From Eledone cirrhosa (lineage: Eukaryota), in assembly GCA_964016885.1 (NCBI GenBank), contig OZ024754.1:24986001-25050000 (forward strand): DNA of 64,000 bases. Reading direction: 5' to 3'. Shown here piece after piece: positions 51,057-64,000 of the stretch (its first letter is position 1; the number at the start of each line of letters is the position of its first letter). The notes under the pieces were generated by a model that was given only the letters and a program-made list of their open reading frames with translations, was not told the origin of the DNA and searched no databases. The translations under genes were made by a program, and so were the position numbers.

Positions 51057-51945
51057 CAAATATATATATATACATATATATATATACATATATATATATA
51101 GAAATTGGATTAAATGCTCTGAAATAGCGATATATATGTGAAGATAGACATAGAATATTCGAAAATATTCTGTATGTTTATAATAAACATTTTGAAGACC
51201 TAATCGCTACGTATTACAATTAGATTCTCGATAAAAGCAAGGGAAGTAACCTACGCGTTTCATTCTTATTAGAAATCTTCAGGATTACATATCCAGTGCT
51301 TTTATCGAGAATGACACAGCTAGAGACTTATAGAATACTTAGCTGTGTACAGGAACTGGTTTGAAAGAGCCGTTGCCGGTCCGGCAGAAATTAGAAATTG
51401 GATTAAATGCTCTGAAATAGCGATATATATGTGAAGATAGACATAGAATATTCGAAAACATTCTGTGTTTATAATAAACATTTTGAAGACCTAATACAAT
51501 ACGTCACGTATTACAATTAGATTCTCGATAAAAGCAAGGGAAGTAACCTACGAGTTTCATTCTTATTAGAAATCTTCAGGATTACATATCCAGTGCTTTT
51601 ATCGAGAATGACACAGCTAGAGACTTATAAAATACTTAGCTGTGTACAGGAACTGGTTTGAAAGAGCGGTTGCCGGTCCGGCAGAAATTAGAAATTGGAT
51701 TAAATGCTCTGAAATAGCGATATATATGTGAAGATAGACATAGAATATTCGAAAATATTCTGTATGTTTATAATAAACATTTTGAAGACCTAATCGCTAT
51801 AGAATAGAATACGTCACGTATTACAATTAGATTCTCGATAAAAGCAAGGGAAGTAACCTACGCGTTTCATTCTTATTAGAAATCTTCAGGATTACATATC
51901 CAGTGCTTTTATATATATATACATATATATATACATATACATATA

Positions 51946-51979
<34 letters not shown>

Positions 51980-52090
51980 CATATACATATATATATATAT
52001 ATGTATACATATATATACATATATATATATACATATACATATATATATATACATATACATATATATATATACATATATATATATACATAC

Positions 52091-52255
<165 letters not shown>

Positions 52256-52257
52256 CA

Positions 52258-52303
<46 letters not shown>

Positions 52304-52857
52304 CAAATATATATATATACATATATATATATACATATATATATATAGAAATTGGATTAAATGCTCTGATATAGCGATATATATGTGAAGATAGACATAG
52401 AATATTCGAAAATATTCTGTATGTTTATAATAAACATTTTGAAGACCTAATCGCTATAGAATAGAATACGTCACGTATTACAATTAGATTCTCGATAAAA
52501 GCAAGTGAAGTAACCTACGCGTTTCATTCTTATTAGAAATCTTCAGGATTACATATCCAGTGCTTTTATCGAGAAATTATTAGAAATCTTCAGGATTACA
52601 TATCCAGTGCTTTTATCGAGAATGACACATAGAATATTCGAAAATATTCTGTATGTTTATAATAAACATTTTGAAGACCTAATCGCTATAGAATAGAATA
52701 CGTCACGTATTACAATCAGATTCTCGATAAAAGCAAGGGAAGTAACCTACGCGTTTCATTCCTATAAGAAATCTTCAGTGCTTTTATCGAGAATGACACA
52801 GCTAGAGACTTATAGAATACTTATAGAATACTTATTTGTATATATATATATATACAA

Positions 52858-52906
<49 letters not shown>

Positions 52907-53125
52907 GAAATTGGATTAAATGCTCTGAAATAGCGATATATATGTATTACAATCAGATTCTCGATAAAAGCAAGGGAAGTAACCTACGCGTTTCATTCTT
53001 ATTAATGAAATAGCGATATATACGTATGTATATATCGCTATTTCAGTGCTTTTATCGAGAATGACACAGCTAGAGACTTATAGAATACTTATAGAATACT
53101 TATTTGTATATATATATATATACAA

Positions 53126-53174
<49 letters not shown>

Positions 53175-53343
53175 GAAATTGGATTAAATGCTCTGAAATA
53201 GCGATATATATGTGAACATAGACATAGAATATTCGAAAATATTCTGTATGTTTATAATAAACATTTTGAAGACCTAATCGCTATAGAATAGAATACGTCA
53301 CGTATTACAATTAGATTTACATATATATATGTGTGACTGTATG

Positions 53344-53429
<86 letters not shown>

Positions 53430-54284
53430 CATGCTACTGTACGTCTGTATGCATATATGTATGTACGTATACATACATACTTACATTTAAGTAAGTGCCG
53501 TACTAAGAATCAGAAATTTCATTTCATTTCATTCTATTCCATTTTAGCGTTTTCGGTGCGCCTGGCCGACTGAACTCACTCAATATGCAAATTAGGCTGC
53601 TCAGCCGTTAATTTTCATAAGGAAAGTATATACTTTCGAACGTTCAACGCTGACGATAGCTAACAAACTTGAAACTAGTACATCGTAACTCTGTAAGTGT
53701 TGAACAAAAAGGTGACGTGGTTGCCTTAACACCGTACGGCATAAATCAGGCTGTCCGTTTGTTTACAAACAGACAAAGCGAGCATTATAATAAATGTTCG
53801 TTAAACTGATATGTACATATATATATGTGTGCCTTTATGTATATATATATATATACATGCTACTGTACGTCTGTATGCATATATGTATGTACGTATACAT
53901 ATATACTTACATTTAAGTAAGTGCCGTACTAAGAGTGAGAAATTAAATTTCATTTCATTCTATTCCATTTTATCGTTTTCGGTGCGCCTGGCCGACTGAA
54001 CTCACTCGATATGCAAATCAGTCTGCTCAGCCGTTAATTTTCATAAGGAAAGTATATAGTTTCGAACGTTCAACCATCTGGCAGAAGGGTATACGGTGCT
54101 GACGATAGCTAACAAGCTTGAAACTAGTACATCGATCCTGTGTCAGTGTTGAACAAAAAGTTGGCGTGGTTGCCTTAACACCGTACGGCATAAATCAGGC
54201 TGTCCATTTGTTTACAAACGGACAAAGCGAGCATTATAATAGAAGTTCACTAAACTGATACGTACATATAAATATGTGTCCCTG

Positions 54285-54411
<127 letters not shown>

Positions 54412-54414
54412 GTG

Positions 54415-54453
<39 letters not shown>

Positions 54454-56100
54454 TAGTAGTAGTAAGGTTTTCGATGTTGTGATAATGATTAGCAGCGATG
54501 TGTGTCAAATGGCTATTAAGATAAGTGTGTGTGTGTATGTGTGTGTGTGTGTGAGTGTGTGTGTGTGTAGCAGAGTAATTTGTGATGGTCAGTATGAATG
54601 TTTCTGATTTCGAAAATTGATATATATTTTATATTCTTAAAAAATTTTTCAACGTGTAGAAACACAATGTATAGAAGCATTTTTTCTAAATTCTGTGTAA
54701 AATGATCTATTTGTTAAAAACCTAAAAAAATCAATTTTACAAATCAGAAGTAAATATTTCTAAAAGTATAAACAAATTGATTATTATAGGTTTTTCACAA
54801 ATTGATCATTTTACACAGTATTTCGAAAATTGTTTTTTTACAAAAAAGATTGATTTTTTTTCTTTCGAAATATATACTTTCTCATTTTGAAAATTGATAT
54901 ATATTTTGTATTTTTCAAAAATTTTTCAACGTGACGAAACACAATGTATAAACGCATTCTTTTGAAAAAAAAACATTTTTTCCAAATACTGTGTTTTACA
55001 CAGTATGGTCAATTTGTTAAAAACCTAAAAAAATCAATTTTAGAAATCAGAAGTAAATATTTCGAAAAGTATAAACAAATCGATTATTTTAGGTTTTTCA
55101 CAAATTGATCATTTTATTACATATCCAGTGCTTTTATCGAGAATGACACAGCTAGAGACTTATAGAATACTTAGCTGTGTACAGGAACTGGTTTGAAAGA
55201 GCGGTTGCCGGTCCGGCAGAAATTAGAAATTGGATTAAATGCTCTGAAATAGCGATATATATGTGAAGATAGACATAGAATATTCGAAAATATTCTGTAT
55301 GTTTATAATAAACATTTTGAAGACCTAATCGCTATAGAATAGAATACGTCACGTATTACAATTAGATTCTCGATAAAAGCAAGGGAAGTAACCTACGCGT
55401 TTCATTCTTATTAGAAATCTTCAGGATTACATATCCAGTGCTTTTATCGAGAATGACACAGCTAGAGACTTATAGAATACTTAGCTGTGTACAGGAACTG
55501 GTTTGAAAGAGCGGTTGCCGGTCCGGCAGAAATTAGAAATTGGAATAAATGCTCTGAAATAGCGATATATATGTGAAGATAGACATAGAATATTCGAAAA
55601 TATTCTGTATGTTTATAATAAACATTTTGAAGACCTAATCGCTATAGAATAGAATACGTCACGTATTACAATTAGATTCTCGATAAAAGCAAGGGAAGTA
55701 ACCTACGCGTTTCATTCTTATTAGAAATCTTCAGGATTACATATCCAGTGCTTTTATCGAGAATGACACAGCTAGAGACTTATAGAATACTTAGCTGTGT
55801 ACAGGAACTGGTTTGAAAGAGCGGTTGCCGGTCCGGCAGAAATTAGAAATTGGAATAAATGCTCTAAAATAGCGATATATATGTGAAGATAGACATAGAA
55901 TATTCGAAAATATTCTGTATGTTTATAATTAACATTTTGAAGACCTAATCGCTATAGAATAGAATATGTCACGTATTACAATTAGATTCTCGATAAAAGC
56001 AAGGGAAGTAACCTACGCGTTTCATTCTTATTAGAAATCTTCAGGATTACATATCCAGTGCTTTTATATATATATACATATATATATACATATACATATA

Positions 56101-56134
<34 letters not shown>

Positions 56135-56248
56135 CATATACATATATATATATATGTATACATATATATACATATATATATATACATATACATATATATA
56201 TATACATATACATATATATATATACATATATATATATACATACATATT

Positions 56249-56385
<137 letters not shown>

Positions 56386-56392
56386 GTATACA

Positions 56393-56430
<38 letters not shown>

Positions 56431-56459
56431 CAAATATATATATATACATATATATATGA

Positions 56460-59400
56460 ATATAGACATAGAATATTCGAAAATATTCTGTATGTTTATA
56501 ATAAACATTTTGAAGACCTAATCGCTATAGAATAGAATACGTCACGTATTACAATTAGATTCTCGATAAAAGCAAGGGAAGTAATCTACGCGTTTCATTC
56601 TTGTTAGAAATCATCAGGACTACATATCCAGTGCTTTTATCGAGAATGACACAGCTAGAGACTTATAGAATACTTAGCTGTGTACAGGAACTGGTTTGAA
56701 AGAGCGGTTGCCGGTCCGGCAGAAATTAGAAATTGGAATAAATGCTCTGAAATAGCGATATATATGTGAATATAGACATAGAATATTCGAAAATATTCTG
56801 TATGTTTATAATAAACATTTTGAAGACCTAATCGCTATAGAATAGAATACGTCACGTATTACAATTAGATTCTCGATAAAAGCAAGGGAAGTAATCTACG
56901 CGTTTCATTCTTGTTAGAAATCATCAGGACTACATATCCAGTGCTTTTATCGAGAATGACACAGCTAGAGACTTATAGAATACTTAGCTGTGTACAGGAA
57001 CTGGTTTGAAAGAGCGGTTGCCGGTCCGGCAGAAATTAGAAATTGGAATAAATGCTCTGAAATAGCGATATATATGTGAATATAGACATAGAATATTCGA
57101 AAATATTCTGTATGTTTATAATAAACATTTTGAAGACCTAATCGCTATAGAATAGAATACGTCACGTATTACAATTAGATTCTCGATAAAAGCAAGGGAA
57201 GTAATCTACGCGTTTCATTCTTGTTAGAAATCATCAGGACTACATATCCAGTGCTTTTATCGAGAATGACACAGCTAGAGACTTATAGAATACTTAGCTG
57301 TGTACAGGAACTGGTTTGAAAGAGCGGTTGCCGGTCCGGCAGAAATTAGAAATTGGAATAAATGCTCTGAAATAGCGATATATATGTGAATATAGACATA
57401 GAATATTCGAAAATATTCTGTATGTTTATAATAAACATTTTGAAGACCTAATCGCTATAGAATAGAATACGTCACGTATTACAATTAGATTCTCGGTAAA
57501 AGCAAGGGAAGTAATCTACGCGTTTCATTCTTGTTAGAAATCATCAGGACTACATATCCAGTGCTTTTATCGAGAATGACACAGCTAGAGACTTATAGAA
57601 TACTTAGCTGTGTACAGGAACTGGTTTGAAAGAGCGGTTGCCGGTCCGGCAGAAATTAGAAATTGGAATAAATGCTCTGAAATAGCGATATATATGTGAA
57701 TATAGACATAGAATATTCGAAAATATTCTGTATGTTTATAATAAACATTTTGAAGACCTAATCGCTATAGAATAGAATACGTCACGTATTACAATTAGAT
57801 TCTCGATAAAAGCAAGGGAAGTAATCTACGCGTTTCATTCTTGTTAGAAATCATCAGGACTACATATCCAGTGCTTTTATCGAGAATGACACAGCTAGAG
57901 ACTTATAGAATACTTAGCTGTGTACAGGAACTGGTTTGAAAGAGCGGTTGCCGGTCCGGCAGAAATTAGAAATTGGAATAAATGCTCTGAAATAGCGATA
58001 TATATGTGAATATAGACATAGAATATTCGAAAATATTCTGTATGTTTATAATAAACATTTTGAAGACCTAATCGCTATAGAATAGAATACGTCACGTATT
58101 ACAATTAGATTCTCGATAAAAGCAAGGGAAGTAATCTACGCGTTTCATTCTTGTTAGAAATCATCAGGACTACATATCCAGTGCTTTTATCGAGAATGAC
58201 ACAGCTAGAGACTTATAGAATACTTAGCTGTGTACAGGAACTGGTTTGAAAGAGCGGTTGCCGGTCCGGCAGAAATTAGAAATTGGAATAAATGCTCTGA
58301 AATAGCGATATATATGTGAATATAGACATAGAATATTCGAAAATATTCTGTATGTTTATAATAAACATTTTGAAGACCTAATCGCTATAGAATAGAATAC
58401 GTCACGTATTACAATTAGATTCTCGATAAAAGCAAGGGAAGTAATCTACGCGTTTCATTCTTGTTAGAAATCATCAGGACTACATATCCAGTGCTTTTAT
58501 CGAGAATGACACAGCTAGAGACTTATAGAATACTTAGCTGTGTACAGGAACTGGTTTGAAAGAGCGGTTGCCGGTCCGGCAGAAATTAGAAATTGGAATA
58601 AATGCTCTGAAATAGCGATATATATGTGAATATAGACATAGAATATTCGAAAATATTCTGTATGTTTATAATAAACATTTTGAAGACCTAATCGCTATAG
58701 AATAGAATACGTCACGTATTACAATTAGATTCTCGATAAAAGCAAGGGAAGTAATCTACGCGTTTCATTCTTGTTAGAAATCATCAGGACTACATATCCA
58801 GTGCTTTTATCGAGAATGACACAGCTAGAGACTTATAGAATACTTAGCTGTGTACAGGAACTGGTTTGAAAGAGCGGTTGCCGGTCCGGCAGAAATTAGA
58901 AATTGGAATAAATGCTCTGAAATAGCGATATATATGTGAATATAGACATAGAATATTCGAAAATATTCTGTATGTTTATAATAAACATTTTGAAGACCTA
59001 ATCGCTATAGAATAGAATACGTCACGTATTACAATTAGATTCTCGATAAAAGCAAGGGAAGTAATCTACGCGTTTCATTCTTGTTAGAAATCATCAGGAC
59101 TACATATCCAGTGCTTTTATCGAGAATGACACAGCTAGAGACTTATAGAATACTTAGCTGTGTACAGGAACTGGTTTGAAAGAGCGGTTGCCGGTCCGGC
59201 AGAAATTAGAAATTGGAATAAATGCTCTGAAATAGCGATATATATGTGAATATAGACATAGAATATTCGAAAATATTCTGTATGTTTATAATAAACATTT
59301 TGAAGACCTAATCGCTATAGAATAGAATACGTCACGTATTACAATTAGATTCTCGATAAAAGCAAGGGAAGTAATCTACGCGTTTCATTCTTGTTAGAAA

Positions 59401-60142
59401 TCATCAGGACTACATATCCAGTGCTTTTATCGAGAATGACACAGCTAGAGACTTATAGAATACTTAGCTGTGTACAGGAACTGGTTTGAAAGAGCGGTTG
59501 CCGGTCCGGCAGAAATTAGAAATTGGAATAAATGCTCTGAAATAGCGATATATATGTGAATATAGACATAGAATATTCGAAAATATTCTGTATGTTTATA
59601 ATAAACATTTTGAAGACCTAATCGCTATAGAATAGAATACGTCACGTATTACAATTAGATTCTCGATAAAAGCAAGGGAAGTAATCTACGCGTTTCATTC
59701 TTGTTAGAAATCATCAGGACTACATATCCAGTGCTTTTATCGAGAATGACACAGCTAGAGACTTATAGAATACTTAGCTGTGTACAGGAACTGGTTTGAA
59801 AGAGCGGTTGCCGGTCCGGCAGAAATTAGAAATTGGAATAAATGCTCTGAAATAGCGATATATATGTGAATATAGACATAGAATATTCGAAAATATTCTG
59901 TATGTTTATAATAAACATTTTGAAGACCTAATCGCTATAGAATAGAATACGTCACGTATTACAATTAGATTCTCGATAAAAGCAAGGGAAGTAATCTACG
60001 CGTTTCATTCTTGTTAGAAATCATCAGGACTACATATCCAGTGCTTTTATCGAGAATGACACAGCTAGAGACTTATAGAATACTTAGCTGTGTACAGGAA
60101 CTGGTTTGAAAGAGCGGTTGCCGGTCCGGCAGAAATTAGAAA
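56460..60142 (-). repeat. Homogeneous run of 12 variant (B2) 310-bp monomers
   Basis: GTAATCTACGCG at 56581 + 310n through 59991. Only one substitution seen (near 57496). Confidence 0.97.
56581..56623 (-). ncRNA. Minimal type I hammerhead ribozyme (family B2), 12 copies
   Basis: Minus strand reads GTAGTC-CTGATGA-TTTCT-AACA-AGAAT-GAAA-CGCG-TA-GATTAC. Confidence 0.93.
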
Positions 60143-61003
60143 TATATATATATATATAGAAATTGGATTAAATGCTCTGAAATAGCGATATATATGTGAA
60201 GATAGACATAGAATATTCGAAAATATTCTGTATGTTTATAATAAACATTTTGAAGACCTAATCGCTACGTATTACAATTAGATTCTCGATAAAAGCAAGG
60301 GAAGTAACCTACGCGTTTCATTCTTATTAGAAATCTTCAGGATTACATATCCAGTGCTTTTATCGAGAATGACACAGCTAGAGACTTATAGAATACTTAG
60401 CTGTGTACAGGAACTGGTTTGAAAGAGCCGTTGCCGGTCCGGCAGAAATTAGAAATTGGATTAAATGCTCTGAAATAGCGATATATATGTGAAGATAGAC
60501 ATAGAATATTCGAAAACATTCTGTGTTTATAATAAACATTTTGAAGACCTAATACAATACGTCACGTATTACAATTAGATTCTCGATAAAAGCAAGGGAA
60601 GTAACCTACGAGTTTCATTCTTATTAGAAATCTTCAGGATTACATATCCAGTGCTTTTATCGAGAATGACACAGCTAGAGACTTATAAAATACTTAGCTG
60701 TGTACAGGAACTGGTTTGAAAGAGCGGTTGCCGGTCCGGCAGAAATTAGAAATTGGATTAAATGCTCTGAAATAGCGGTATATATGTGAAGATAGACATA
60801 GAATATTCGAAAATATTCTGTATGTTTATAATAAACATTTTGAAGACCTAATCGCTATAGAATAGAATACGTCACGTATTACAATTAGATTCTCGATAAA
60901 AGCAAGGGAAGTAACCTACGCGTTTCATTCTTATTAGAAATCTTCAGGATTACATATCCAGTGCTTTTATATATATATACATATATATATACATATACAT
61001 ATA

Positions 61004-61054
<51 letters not shown>

Positions 61055-61151
61055 ATATATGTATACATATATATACATATATATATATACATATACATAT
61101 ATATATATACATATACATATATATATATACATATATATATATACATACATA

Positions 61152-61192
<41 letters not shown>

Positions 61193-61199
61193 GTATACA

Positions 61200-61235
<36 letters not shown>

Positions 61236-61867
61236 CAATTATATATATATACATATATATATATACATATATATATATAGAAATTGGATTAAATGCTCTG
61301 ATATAGCGATATATATGTGAAGATAGACATAGAATATTCGAAAATATTCTGTATGTTTATAATAAACATTTTGAAGACCTAATCGCTATAGAATAGAATA
61401 CGTCACGTATTACAATTAGATTCTCGATAAAAGCAAGTGAAGTAACCTACGCGTTTCATTCTTATTAGAAATCTTCAGGATTACATATCCAGTGCTTTTA
61501 TCGAGAATGACACAGCTAGAGACCTATAGAATACTTAGCTGTGTACAGGAACTGGTTTGAAAGAGCGGTTGCCGGTCCGGCAGAAATTAGAAATTGGATT
61601 AAATGCTCTGAAATAGCGATATATATGTGAAGATAGACATAGAATATTCGAAAATATTCTGTATGTTTATAATAAACATTTTGAAGACCTAATCGCTATA
61701 GAATAGAATACGTCACGTATTACAATCAGATTCTCGATAAAAGCAAGGGAAGTAATCTACGCGTTTCATTCTTATTAGAAATCTTCAGTGCTTTTATGGA
61801 GAATGACACAGCTAGAGACTTATAGAATACTTATAGAATACTTATTTGTATATATATATATATACAA

Positions 61868-61916
<49 letters not shown>

Positions 61917-62086
61917 GAAATTGGATTAAATGCTCTGAAATAGCGATATATATGTGAACATAGACATAGAATATTCGAAAATATTCTGTATGTTTATAAT
62001 AAACATTTTGAAGACCTAATCGCTATAGAAGACCTATACGTCACGTATTACAATTAGATTTACATATATATATGTGTGACTGTATG

Positions 62087-62151
<65 letters not shown>

Positions 62152-62996
62152 TTAAATATATATACATGCTACTGTACGTCTGTATGCATATATGTATGTA
62201 CGTATACATACATACTTACATTTAAGTAAGTGCCGTACTAAGAATCAGAAATTTCATTTCATTTCATTCTATTCCATTTTAGCGTTTTCGGTGCGCCTGG
62301 CCGACTGAACTCACTCAATATGCAAATTAGGCTGCTCAGCCGTTAATTTTCATAAGGAAAGTATATACTTTCGAACGTTCAACGCTGACGATAGCTAACA
62401 AACTTGAAACTAGTACATCGTAACTCTGTAAGTGTTGAACAAAAAGGTGACGTGGTTGCCTTAACACCGTACGGCATAAATCAGGCTGTCCGTTTGTTTA
62501 CAAACAGACAAAGCGAGCATTATAATAAATGTTCGTTAAACTGATATGTACATATATATATGTGTGCCTTTATGTATATATATATATATACATGCTACTG
62601 TACGTCTGTATGCATATATGTATGTACGTATACATATATACTTACATTTAAGTAAGTGCCGTACTAAGAGTGAGAAATTAAATTTCATTTCATTCTATTC
62701 CATTTTATCGTTTTCGGTGCGCCTGGCCGACTGAACTCACTCGATATGCAAATCAGGCTGCTCAGCCGTTAATTTTCATAAGGAAAGTATATAGTTTCGA
62801 ACGTTCAACCATCTGGCAGAAGGGTATACGGTGCTGACGATAGCTAACAAGCTTGAAACTAGTACATCGATCCTGTGTCAGTGTTGAACAAAAAGTTGGC
62901 GTGGTTGCCTTAACACCGTTTGTTTACAAACGGACAAAGCGAGCATTATAATAGAAGTTCACTAAACTGATACGTACATATAAATATGTGTCCCTG

Positions 62997-63035
<39 letters not shown>

Positions 63036-64000
63036 ATATATATACATGTGTGTGTGCGTGTGTGTGTGTGTGTGTGTAGTAGTAGTAGTAAGGTTTTCGA
63101 TATTGTGATAATGGTTAGCAGCGATGTGTGTCAAATGGCTATTAAGATAAGTGTGTGTGTGTATGTGTGTGTGTGTGTGAGTGTGTGTGTAGCAGAGTAA
63201 TTTGTGATGGTCAGTAAGAATGTTTCTGATTTCGAAAATTGATATATATTTTATATTCTTAAAAAATTTTTCAGAAACACAATGTATAAAAGCATTTTTT
63301 CTAAATTCTGTGTAAAATGATCTATTTGTTAAAAACATAAAAAAATCAATTTTACAAATCAGAAGTAAATATTTCTAAAAGTATAAACAAATTGATTATT
63401 ATAGGTTTTTCACAAATTGATCATTTTACACAGTATTTAGAAAATTGTTTTTTTACAAAAAAGATTGATTTTTTTTCTTTGGAAATATATACTTTCTGAT
63501 TTTGAAAATTGATATATATTTTGTATTTTTCAAAAATGTTTCAACGTGACGAAACACAATGTATAAACGCATTCTTTTGAAAAAAAAACATTTTTTCCAA
63601 ATACTGTGTTTTACACAGCATGGTCAATTTGTTAAAAACCTAAAAAAATCAATTTTAGAAATCAGAAGTAAATATTTCGAAAAGTATAAACAAATCGATT
63701 ATTTTAGGTTTCTCACAAATTGATCATTTTATTACATATCCAGTGTTACATATCCAGTGCTTTTATCGAGAATGACACAGCTAGAGACTTATAGAATACT
63801 TAGCTGTGTACAGGAACTGGTTTGAAAGAGCGGTTGCCGGTCCGGCAGAAATTAGAAATTGGATTAAATGCTCTGAAATAGCGATATATATGTGAAGATA
63901 GACATAGAATATTCGAAAATATTCTGTATGTTTATAATAAACATTTTGAAGACCTAATCGCTATAGAATAGAATACGTCACGTATTACAATTAGATTCTC

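Overview
Repeat-only eukaryotic window with no host gene. The animal is probably a cephalopod (Octopus-like), inferred from the SINE types, the RTE (GAT)n tail and the extreme TA content. The left half (1-30902) is a (TA)n/(TACA)n microsatellite sea with embedded islands: an intact RTE LINE whose ORF carries a PHD-like finger, a truncated Penelope-like element (PLE) with a fold-back end, a near-full CR1-clade LINE plus a 3' copy, tRNA-derived SINEs, and several small non-coding islands that each carry a type I hammerhead ribozyme (HHR) core. After a 200-N gap, the right half (31103-64000) is a compound higher-order satellite built from two HHR-bearing, highly self-complementary monomers. One is a 310-bp unit with a minus-strand HHR (about 50 copies by eye count); the other is a ~430-450-bp unit with a plus-strand HHR. 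An AT-rich dyad-symmetric spacer separates them. The main candidate system is a retrozyme-like satellite predicted to yield self-cleaved and possibly circular RNAs, next to PLE remnants. Nearly all Y/I/C/V/M/H/T-rich ORFs in the track are microsatellite artefacts.
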